From positions 1 through 56,004 of the IMG/VR virus record IMGVR_UViG_3300020178_001420: a stretch of 56,004 bases of DNA, one strand, 5' to 3'. The position numbers and the translations under genes are program-made. Position 1 is the stretch's first letter. Each line of letters begins with the position of its first letter. The notes under the pieces were generated by a model, which saw only the letters and a program-made list of their open reading frames with translations, made no database searches and was not told where the DNA came from. The DNA comes from a virus (taxonomy: Duplodnaviria; Caudoviricetes). Positions 29,353 to 37,437 of this stretch are shown in pieces.

Positions 29353-30355
29353 AAAATCAGATAAGACGTTATTTCAAAAAATATTCAGAGATATAACTCA
29401 AGGTTTTTCAAAAACATGTTACGAAGGTAAACCAATATTCATCAAACATTTAAAGCCTGAAGACTATATTCTCATCAATGAGAAAGAAAACGAGATACTG
29501 AATAAGGCTATTAAAAGAGGCCTTAAGACTGAAAAAGAAGCTCTTGATGACGCTATTAAAGACGATTTATGGACTAAAGAAGATGAAGATTTTATTTTTC
29601 AACAAGAACATTTTCTAGATAATTTAAGAAAAACCGCTTCACAACTACTACTTAAGTCTGAAAGAGAGAAACATGCAATACTGATCAAGGAGGAGCAAGA
29701 AAAATTAAATAAAAAATTATTGCAAAAACAGTCATTAACACAACATACAGCAGAACAATATGCCAAAAACAAAATAAATGATTTTTTTCTCACCTTTGTT
29801 TTTTTTAAAAACCAAACCTTAAAAGATGTTTTTTTTAGCGAAAGCGATTTTTACGATTTAAATTACTCTGAGGTTTTAAAACTTATTAAAATTAACAATA
29901 ACTTTTCTTCGGTTTTTTCTGAATTGAATATTCAAAAGCTAATTCTTGAAGAATTCTTTTTTCCATATATGATGTTATGTGAAAAACCCTTGGATATATT
30001 TGGTAAAGCGGCTGTAGAATTAACAACCTTACAAATGTCAATTTGTACATACTGCAAAATATTTAAAAATATTTTCGATAATAACCCTAAGATTCCAGAA
30101 TCTATAAAAAAAGACCCAGAAGCTTTGCTTGAATATGTTAATAGTGAATCTACAAAAAGCAAAGAGAATTTAGACAAACATTTATCTAAAGAAGGAGCAA
30201 CAACAGTATTTGGTGCAGATAGAGAAGACTACCGACACTTAGGAGTTGAAGATCAAGACATTAAAAGCAACATATCATTGACAGAAGCTGCTAAAAAGAA
30301 AGGCGGAACTTTAACAATGCAGGACCTTATGGAATTGCAAGGTAAAGGTTCTTAA
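29345..30355 (+). CDS. Hypothetical helical protein, possible tail assembly chaperone
   Basis: Overlaps the previous gene and shares an IK...K.IK.G..T...L...ED pattern with it. Confidence 0.5.
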   Translation: MYEKSDKTLFQKIFRDITQGFSKTCYEGKPIFIKHLKPEDYILINEKENEILNKAIKRGLKTEKEALDDAIKDDLWTKEDEDFIFQQEHFLDNLRKTASQLLLKSEREKHAILIKEEQEKLNKKLLQKQSLTQHTAEQYAKNKINDFFLTFVFFKNQTLKDVFFSESDFYDLNYSEVLKLIKINNNFSSVFSELNIQKLILEEFFFPYMMLCEKPLDIFGKAAVELTTLQMSICTYCKIFKNIFDNNPKIPESIKKDPEALLEYVNSESTKSKENLDKHLSKEGATTVFGADREDYRHLGVEDQDIKSNISLTEAAKKKGGTLTMQDLMELQGKGS

Positions 30356-30877
30356 CTAGACAGGGGCGTCTTTTCCAGCTACTTGAGAGGGGTTAGAATT
30401 ACTTATATTATACTTGTATACAAGGTCTTTTAAATTTAAATCAGCGTCTAATGAATAGTTTGAATATTGCCTTGATGCTGTAACTTTTGTTGCTGGGCTA
30501 GCTGTAGTCACCTGTCTTTTAATATAGCTGTCTCCTTCTCTTAATTCTATCCAGTCAGACATGGTTGTTTCTCCGTCGCTACCCCCTGTTTCTGTTGTTG
30601 AACTCGAGACTCCCATTAATGTTTTTCTCGCAAGTTTTCCGTAATATGATTTTAAAAATATTTGACGAAAAATTGCTTGCTCTTCGCTTTGTAAGCCTGG
30701 ATTTTCTCCTTGAAAATTTGTATGAATTAATACATTTAATTCTCCAAGATTATTAGCTAGCCATCCTGATATATAATCAGAACTTATTGAACTGGAATCT
30801 TCGTCGAAATCATATTTAAATATGCCCGATGCTAAATTGCCTATTTCATTGACGGAAGAATCAAAAAAATAGCTCAT
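30356..30877 (-). CDS. Putative head-tail adaptor
   Basis: Two genes downstream of the MCP; helical N-terminus plus beta hairpin (ELREGDSYIKR). Confidence 0.5.
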   Translation of the reverse strand: MSYFFDSSVNEIGNLASGIFKYDFDEDSSSISSDYISGWLANNLGELNVLIHTNFQGENPGLQSEEQAIFRQIFLKSYYGKLARKTLMGVSSSTTETGGSDGETTMSDWIELREGDSYIKRQVTTASPATKVTASRQYSNYSLDADLNLKDLVYKYNISNSNPSQVAGKDAPV

Positions 30878-31251
30878 CTTTCATTTAATATACGCATGAC
30901 TTCTTCTGCGATCTTAGCGTCTTGAATTAAAGGGGATTCCGAAGAAGAAGTATATCTTTTTTCTCCACTGGATGTTCCGTACTTAGTCTTAAATTCTTTC
31001 TTGATTTTATTTCTAAGTGTGGTTTTATTTCCTGAAGGGAAAACACTGGCTTTTACAGCAAGTTCTTGCATTTGAATTAAATTCATTCCTTCTAAGCGTT
31101 CTTCTAGTTCGGTTATAGAATTCGTTCCAAATGGATTCTTTGTGGTTTGTAGAATTTCTTCGATGGTTTTTGATTTCTTATGTTTTTCTGTGGCTTCATC
31201 AACTTTTCCATCTATAAATTCTAACTTTTGAGATTGTTTTTTCTTAGGCAT
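30874..31251 (-). CDS. Hypothetical protein, possible SAP/Rho-N-like helical motif
   Basis: LEGMNLIQMQELAVKASV...KTTLRNKI pattern; directly after the MCP terminator. Confidence 0.5.
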   Translation of the reverse strand: MPKKKQSQKLEFIDGKVDEATEKHKKSKTIEEILQTTKNPFGTNSITELEERLEGMNLIQMQELAVKASVFPSGNKTTLRNKIKKEFKTKYGTSSGEKRYTSSSESPLIQDAKIAEEVMRILNER

Positions 31252-31260
31252 AATTATATT

Positions 31261-31270
31261 TTATATACAC
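31261..31270 (-). promoter_or_regulatory. Putative late promoter motif (GTGTATATAA)
   Basis: 14 nt between GTGTA and the ATG at 31251; downstream of a terminator. Confidence 0.6.
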
Positions 31271-31292
31271 TTTTATTATAATATATAGAAAC

Positions 31293-31320
31293 AAAAAATC
31301 CACCCTAAGGTGGATTTTTT
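31293..31320. terminator. Bidirectional rho-independent terminator after major capsid gene
   Basis: Perfect inverted repeat AAAAAATCCACC-CTAA-GGTGGATTTTTT. Confidence 0.88.
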
Positions 31321-31344
31321 GAAAAGAAGGTTTAAGTTTAAAAC

Positions 31345-32418
31345 TTAAACACCCATAGCAATGATGCCTCGATCACTAATAATGGTACGCCCTTCTTCAA
31401 GTTCGGCATAGTATCCGATCTTTTTAGAACGACCAACATATTGATCATCCGCACTAACGGTAAGGGTGGCGCCAGACTCAGCATCAACAGCTACTGCACG
31501 AAGCATGCTTTCCCTGCTGCGGTCAAGACCAAGAACCACATCATTACGGCCATGTCCACTAATTAGAGTTTTTGCAACTTTTTGATACTTTTGATTTGGT
31601 CCAAGCTCATAGATTTCCATAAGGGAGATTCCGTAGAACTCGGGCAATCCAGCTTGAGAGAAGAGAGCTTCACGCATAGAATCGGTAGCAGCGATAGGTC
31701 CAGTAACTTCACCAGCTGCAGTTGATTTAAGAGTGGTGTTGACTGGATTGTAAGCGATCTCACGAAGACTCTGAATCACTTCAGGAGAAACGATCAAGTC
31801 GGTAAGGCCGCGTGAACGCTCAGGAGTTCCACCGCTCCAGGAAGGATTATTACGTTTAGCAATAGTCAAAAGCTTGTTAAAGTCAGCCAATGTAAGACTT
31901 CCACTTGCGGCAGAAGAAGTATAAAGCTTAGATTGATTATCGGCTATTGTTCCAAATAATAAGCTAGCGGAAGCATTTTCTTGCTGAAGTAGTATCTCTT
32001 GAGCCAAGCGAGTCATGGTTTTGCTCACTACATCAAGGCGAGAACGAGAAGCATAACGCTTGTCGAAGTCTACTGCGCTTTCCAAACGATAGGTGGCAAG
32101 CTTCAACTCACTATGAGTGGGTGTTACATGACTAGATGGAAGACCACCAGGAGCATTCGTGCTGTAGGTCTTGATGTACTCGTCATCGGTTACATCATGA
32201 TACAGATCTAAAGGAATGCTTGGATTGTCATCAGCAGCAAATTGAAATGCTGTGAAAAGGTTGCTAAGTGTCGGAGCATTATCAACTACTTCAGCAAGTA
32301 CGGGGCCAATAAAGGCGGCAAGTGCTTGTTGAGCTTCATATGCAACATCTCTGTCGCGAGAGGCCATAGCCTTTACGAGTTCGATTTGCTCTTCGGTTCT
32401 TTTGAGTGTAATATTCAT
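31345..32418 (-). CDS. Major capsid protein (HK97 fold)
   Basis: 357 aa; order portal-protease-decoration-this gene; DLIVSPE..., PEFYGISLME and IGYYAELEEGR patterns; strong terminator follows. Confidence 0.8.
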   Translation of the reverse strand: MNITLKRTEEQIELVKAMASRDRDVAYEAQQALAAFIGPVLAEVVDNAPTLSNLFTAFQFAADDNPSIPLDLYHDVTDDEYIKTYSTNAPGGLPSSHVTPTHSELKLATYRLESAVDFDKRYASRSRLDVVSKTMTRLAQEILLQQENASASLLFGTIADNQSKLYTSSAASGSLTLADFNKLLTIAKRNNPSWSGGTPERSRGLTDLIVSPEVIQSLREIAYNPVNTTLKSTAAGEVTGPIAATDSMREALFSQAGLPEFYGISLMEIYELGPNQKYQKVAKTLISGHGRNDVVLGLDRSRESMLRAVAVDAESGATLTVSADDQYVGRSKKIGYYAELEEGRTIISDRGIIAMGV

Positions 32419-32445
32419 TTTTTACCTTGTTTTTTTAAATTAAAA

Positions 32446-33090
32446 TTAGCAATCGAGCTTGATTACATAATAAGCTCCCTCCTGGACGTCAGGATAAAGT
32501 TTTGAGTCTGCATTGTTGGCTCCTCTATAACCTGTTGCTAGAACTGTTCCGATTGCAGCGTCCGCAGTATTTTCAAATTTAGCAAACTTTCCGTTACCGT
32601 CACTGATCAAAGCATCGCCTACCGAAGGAGCGCCTGCCCCAATTGCATTTGAAGAAATCGTAACAATTCCTCGAGTTAATACGGGTACAGTTTGTCCAGA
32701 AAGAACTGCTTGAAGCTCATCTTTTTTGACTGGGTTAAAAAGCAAGCTTTCACCGTTTTCGTCGTTAGTCAAAGTTTGATTAAGAGTAACTCCTAAAGGA
32801 AGCACTCCAGATGCAGCAGGCACAACCTTTAAAGGGTTAGTGGGATAAGGGTTGCGTCCAACGGGTGAACCGTAGTTGTTCATAAAGCGAGAGTCTTCAG
32901 AAACATCAATAATGTCGTTCTCTGTGAGGTTTCCAGCTTGCACTGAAACAAGAACTCCGTCTGCATTAATGTCATCGTCTCCAGGCTTTGTCAGTTGCAA
33001 GCTTTTTGAGCAACTGTCCGCGTTAAGAGCAAACATATTTACGACATCATTTTCGTCGTATTGTCTGAATGGTAATAGTCTGTGTGCCAT
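32446..33090 (-). CDS. Capsid decoration / cement protein
   Basis: Between protease and MCP; PLGVTL...GQTVPVLTRG...VGDALISDGNGKF...AIGTVL resembles beta-tulip cement proteins. Confidence 0.7.
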   Translation of the reverse strand: MAHRLLPFRQYDENDVVNMFALNADSCSKSLQLTKPGDDDINADGVLVSVQAGNLTENDIIDVSEDSRFMNNYGSPVGRNPYPTNPLKVVPAASGVLPLGVTLNQTLTNDENGESLLFNPVKKDELQAVLSGQTVPVLTRGIVTISSNAIGAGAPSVGDALISDGNGKFAKFENTADAAIGTVLATGYRGANNADSKLYPDVQEGAYYVIKLDC

Positions 33091-33096
33091 GATATT

Positions 33097-34728
33097 TTAG
33101 TATTTAATTGTTATAGATTCTTTTGAGAAAGCTTGTTCGAACTTGTCTTTCAAGCTAATTGCTTTGTCTGTAGATTCTCCATTGTTTGATGGTATTTCTT
33201 CAGACGCCTCGATTTCATCAAGAACTTCCTCAACATTTTCTTGCTTTTCTTCAACCACTTCTTCGGTTGTTTTTGTGGAAGCTTCGATCTTGGCTTTAAC
33301 AGCCGCTTCGAGTTTTTCATTAAATTGCTTCTCTTGATCCTCGATGAATTTTTTGCTTTTGTGACTATAAACTACAGCCATGCGCTCTTGATAAGCTGCA
33401 AAACTCTCTTCAGCAGAATCTAAATCTTTAATGTCGGATGCGATAATCTTGCGATCTGCATCAGATAGTACATATTCTGAATCTAGAGAATCCATTCGAT
33501 CATTAAACAACTGAAGGTCTTTAGCCGCTTTCACTTCAGATTCTAAACTTTCAAGTTTGGCTAAGGTTTCTGCTAGATTAGCTTCTAGTTCAGCCGCTTT
33601 AGTTTCTGATTCTTGCTTTGCCGCTTCAGCAGCTGCTTGTTGTTTTTCCATTTCAGCTTTTTCTTTTACATAAGATTCGCTGCGATCTTTAATAGCTTCA
33701 GTTACAACTTTCACTACATTCGCAACAGCTTCTTCAGAAAACTTATCTGATGTAGAAGCCTGAATGGTTTCTTTGAGTTCTTGTATTAGTTCTTTCATTT
33801 CCATTTTTTTAATGTATGAATTAAATTTATCGTTGTCTGAAATTACAACATCTTTTTCTTTATGTGAAGATTTTTTTTTGCTTTTTATTAATTTTTTTAA
33901 AAATAGATCTGAATTTATCTCTATTTTATCTTTTTCATAAGCTATTGAATCTTCTTCATCTTGGGTTTTTGTTTGATCTTTTTTTTTAGAATCTAACTTT
34001 ACGAGACCCTCTACATTTGCAGCTGGATTAGTGGTAAAACCTACTCCAAGAGGATAAACATCTCCAGATATTAATCTGTACACCTCTGTGCCGTCTTCCA
34101 TTATTCCTTCACCATCAAATGCTTTTAAGTATTTATTAAACTCTTCGATTTGGTTTTCTTTATGTATAATTTCTGCTTCTTGTAAGTTTTTACTTCCCAC
34201 AGCTATCACATAATCATTAAAACCAACCTCCCAGCTTGCTGATATTTTTTGATAGTATGGACTATTAACATCTAAGCTTTTTTCCAGTAATTCAGCAAAG
34301 TCCTTTTGCACTGTTTTATAAACAACTGAAGACAATGCTATATTGAAAGGACTTAAATCGTTTTCATCTATATCCTCTTCATTAATAATTTCATTGGACC
34401 CATATTTTGAGAATCCTGCAGATATAATGTGGCCAACAACTTTTTCTTTTTTATGTTCTATATTTGTAGGTTTATGTACAAATTGCGAATATACCTTCTT
34501 AGCCATTGAAGTGCTCATCCCATCATGGTTTTTATTAAAAACATTGACGACTGCCGCATTAAATGCAATAGCTAGTAAATCTATATTACTCTCAAGATCA
34601 ATGGTATTAGGGTTTAAACTTCTTAAACTTTCTAATGATGCTTGTATGATTTTTTGATGTTTTTCGTTATTATTACTGGCTGTAATAATTCCATCAAAAC
34701 TCGTGTGGTATTTAAATGGTTTTCGCAT
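33097..34728 (-). CDS. Prohead protease fused to scaffold coiled coil
   Basis: NKNHDG, KPTNIEH...VVGHI, ISASWEV, GFTTNPAA protease-type motifs, then an acidic coiled coil. Start set at the ATG at 34728. Confidence 0.8.
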   Translation of the reverse strand: MRKPFKYHTSFDGIITASNNNEKHQKIIQASLESLRSLNPNTIDLESNIDLLAIAFNAAVVNVFNKNHDGMSTSMAKKVYSQFVHKPTNIEHKKEKVVGHIISAGFSKYGSNEIINEEDIDENDLSPFNIALSSVVYKTVQKDFAELLEKSLDVNSPYYQKISASWEVGFNDYVIAVGSKNLQEAEIIHKENQIEEFNKYLKAFDGEGIMEDGTEVYRLISGDVYPLGVGFTTNPAANVEGLVKLDSKKKDQTKTQDEEDSIAYEKDKIEINSDLFLKKLIKSKKKSSHKEKDVVISDNDKFNSYIKKMEMKELIQELKETIQASTSDKFSEEAVANVVKVVTEAIKDRSESYVKEKAEMEKQQAAAEAAKQESETKAAELEANLAETLAKLESLESEVKAAKDLQLFNDRMDSLDSEYVLSDADRKIIASDIKDLDSAEESFAAYQERMAVVYSHKSKKFIEDQEKQFNEKLEAAVKAKIEASTKTTEEVVEEKQENVEEVLDEIEASEEIPSNNGESTDKAISLKDKFEQAFSKESITIKY

Positions 34729-34733
34729 TGTAA

Positions 34734-34743
34734 ATAAATACAC
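34734..34743 (-). promoter_or_regulatory. Putative late promoter motif (GTGTATTTAT)
   Basis: 10 nt between GTGTA and the ATG at 34728. Confidence 0.6.
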
Positions 34744-34767
34744 TATTTTTCACTATTTTTTCTTAAA

Positions 34768-36789
34768 TTATTTTTTGCTGTGATACAATAATGCGGCTGC
34801 ATATGTCTCTAGCTCATGTTCTTCCGCAACTTTTACTATATTTTCAATGATTCCCAGTTCTCCTATTTTATTAAAATCTTTAATGCAAGATGTCGCGGTC
34901 TTTTTCCATAGTTTTGATTCTTTTGATAAAACTATAGACGAACACAAACTCATTGCTGATTCTTGTTGTTGTTGGTTTAATTCTTTTACTTTGTATTTTT
35001 TTATTAAATTAGCTTGTATATGGTTTTTTAAATCTTCTACTTTGTATACTATATCTTGAATCTCTTTTCTGGAGTACAATTCGCTAGCATTAACACTTCT
35101 CGGTATTCCAGTAGTTCCTTTTGGTCTACCAACTGGTCTTCCTTTACCTTTCGGGGTGGGGGTTTTATTGCTTGCGGGGGTTTGATCAGTCTGACCTGCA
35201 GTATCTATATCGCCATCTCCATCGACATCAATCATAGGCAACCCACCAACTAACGGATTATATTTTCCTTCTTTCCTCATTTGTATATATCTATCTTGAG
35301 CTGGTTCAATATCTTCGGGGTTTGGATATATCCCCGTTTTTATAGCATTGATTCCTTGCTCGGGTGTTAGTATTCCCATTTCTATTAACCTGGTTACGAC
35401 CCTTTGCAATTGAACTTCATCTTTAATGTCTATTTCCTCAAATTTGGCGGTTGGATAGTTTTTAAAACCCATATCTTTGCAAACCATTTTTATTTGGGGT
35501 TGCAGGAAGTTATTCACAAAAGAATTTCTAGCTTCCTTTAATCTCTCCAAGAATATTTCGGCCTTCACTTGGGTATTTTTATATTTTTCATCTCCGACAA
35601 TTACATTTTGTAGGCCCTGTCTAATATCTTCATTAACAATTTGATATTTTTCAGGACCTATAATTTTGCTGATATCTGGCATTATAAATTGAGCTTTAGT
35701 TGTATAATCTGCCACAAGAACCCTTCCGATACTTTCGTTTTGAAATAAAGATTGCATAGCCTGCATATTCTTGGGGTTTATTCCTCCTTTGTCTGGTTCA
35801 GCCCCCATTGTTATTAACAAAATAACATTCTCAATAGTTCTGCTAATAGCTTGGTCAACTTTTTTTAATTCCATTTTCCAATTTATATCGTCCAAAACTG
35901 GAAATCCAAAAGGGATGGCAAAAGGCTCGTAATCTTGTTTTTTATAAAATGAATGTATTAATTTTGTTGCATCAAGATCCATTGTTATGCCCTGTTGGCT
36001 CCACCCCCCTTCTTTTATTCTTTTCTTAACGTCAGCAGGCATACTGTTAAATATCTCCTTATCTTCATCTGTTTTTGGGTTTTGCAATTTTTCCAATTCA
36101 TATTCTGATAAAATCTTTTTGTACGCATTCAGTTTGAATGATGTACTTCTTGTGGCGATTATATCATAAGGATTGAGCAAAACATATTTAATAGGAATTT
36201 TACCTGAAGGAGTGATCCTATCAGATGCATAAATTTTATTGATTCTCGAGAAGTCTTCTGCTGTGAATTTCCCATCTAACCTGTATATAAAAACATTCCC
36301 ACTACGATAATATTCTCTAAAGTATTGATCTTTTAACCCCCATAAATTAATTTTAGCAAACCATTTTTCTACGAATGTTTTTGAGGCTTCATTGCCTCCG
36401 TCTAAATATATAGGTGAATTCGCTAGCTCGGCCATAATATCAATTGCATTTCTGAAAATAGGAACATTTGCATAAGCTTTTTGGCATAATTCTATAGCAT
36501 CTCTTACATCCACTCCGTCCGATGTCACTGTGTATGGCAACATCCCCTGCCTAATGTTTGTAAATCGATAGTTTTTAGTTGAAGATCCTGCTGAATTTCT
36601 TCTTCTTAAAGTAGAGTTAGAACGACTAGTCTGGACAGAAGCTTCTGAGCTATAATAACTATCTCCGTTTAAAGATGGTTCTACTCCATCTTGCAATATT
36701 TCATTGATATTGTTTGTTTTATTTTCTGCTCCAGAAACTTCGAACTTTTTCCAGTATTTAGATTTTTTTGTATATTTTCTTTTAGGCAT
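34768..36789 (-). CDS. Portal protein
   Basis: AYANVPIFRNAIDIMAE, FREYYRSGNVFIY, LLNP; ~670 aa directly upstream of the protease. Start set at the ATG at 36789. Confidence 0.85.
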   Translation of the reverse strand: MPKRKYTKKSKYWKKFEVSGAENKTNNINEILQDGVEPSLNGDSYYSSEASVQTSRSNSTLRRRNSAGSSTKNYRFTNIRQGMLPYTVTSDGVDVRDAIELCQKAYANVPIFRNAIDIMAELANSPIYLDGGNEASKTFVEKWFAKINLWGLKDQYFREYYRSGNVFIYRLDGKFTAEDFSRINKIYASDRITPSGKIPIKYVLLNPYDIIATRSTSFKLNAYKKILSEYELEKLQNPKTDEDKEIFNSMPADVKKRIKEGGWSQQGITMDLDATKLIHSFYKKQDYEPFAIPFGFPVLDDINWKMELKKVDQAISRTIENVILLITMGAEPDKGGINPKNMQAMQSLFQNESIGRVLVADYTTKAQFIMPDISKIIGPEKYQIVNEDIRQGLQNVIVGDEKYKNTQVKAEIFLERLKEARNSFVNNFLQPQIKMVCKDMGFKNYPTAKFEEIDIKDEVQLQRVVTRLIEMGILTPEQGINAIKTGIYPNPEDIEPAQDRYIQMRKEGKYNPLVGGLPMIDVDGDGDIDTAGQTDQTPASNKTPTPKGKGRPVGRPKGTTGIPRSVNASELYSRKEIQDIVYKVEDLKNHIQANLIKKYKVKELNQQQQESAMSLCSSIVLSKESKLWKKTATSCIKDFNKIGELGIIENIVKVAEEHELETYAAALLYHSKK

Positions 36790-36794
36790 ACTAA

Positions 36795-36804
36795 TATAGT
36801 ACAC
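36795..36804 (-). promoter_or_regulatory. Putative late promoter motif (GTGTACTATA)
   Basis: 10 nt between GTGTA and the portal ATG. Confidence 0.6.
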
Positions 36805-36814
36805 CAATAGATCG

Positions 36815-36854
36815 TAAAGTCTAAAGTAACTTTTAAAGTTAACTTTTAACTTTT
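36815..36854. repeat. Short TAAAGT / TAACTTTT repeat cluster with palindrome AAAGTTAACTTT
   Basis: TAAAGT x3 and TAACTTTT x3, overlapping, in the intergenic DNA upstream of portal. Confidence 0.6.
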
Positions 36855-36868
36855 ACAATTTTATATGA

Positions 36869-37372
36869 TTAAAAGTTTACATATCCAGCAAAGAAAATCG
36901 AAAAGTTATTCTGTCCGTATTGTCTTGCAAAGCTTGCCATTGCTACCGCTCGCGCACTATAATTGCTTGTATTTATACTCCATTTTGCACAAACGTTAAC
37001 ACCGAAATTAGTTCCGCTTGCCCCTGGTGACTGTCCGTATGTTCTCGTTGCATTAATTCCTGTTCCGTTGGTTCCTCCATTGGTCCCACCAGGACCTGTT
37101 GTTGTTGTACAAGTGGTATTATTCTGTTGCCATCTTTGATAATGTAAACTGGCTATTGCCGTAAGACGCCCTCCCGCAAAGTTTACTCCACTCATCCCTG
37201 TAAGAGGGATGATTGGGATGTTTACTGGTTTGTTATAGCTGAATGAAGAACCTACTATAGTTGTAATCTGTGAGTATACTGGGACTCCACCAAGTGTGCC
37301 AGGCCCCATTACTGGACCCGTTGTATTAGGATTCGTCCCATTTCCATTTCCATTGCCTCTAGGTGTCGTCAT
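36869..37372 (-). CDS. Gly/Thr/Asn-rich hypothetical protein
   Basis: 167-aa ORF filling the intergenic space, with a GTGTATATAT motif upstream (37407-37416). Confidence 0.7.
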   Translation of the reverse strand: MTTPRGNGNGNGTNPNTTGPVMGPGTLGGVPVYSQITTIVGSSFSYNKPVNIPIIPLTGMSGVNFAGGRLTAIASLHYQRWQQNNTTCTTTTGPGGTNGGTNGTGINATRTYGQSPGASGTNFGVNVCAKWSINTSNYSARAVAMASFARQYGQNNFSIFFAGYVNF

Positions 37373-37437
37373 TGATTTTTACGTTTATTGTTTTCTATTC
37401 TATTTTATATATACACACCTTTTTTTAAAAAAACAGA

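Noticed and set aside
31345-33090. Higher GC and different codon usage in capsid genes
   Set aside because: Expected for highly expressed phage genes; not evidence of recent transfer.
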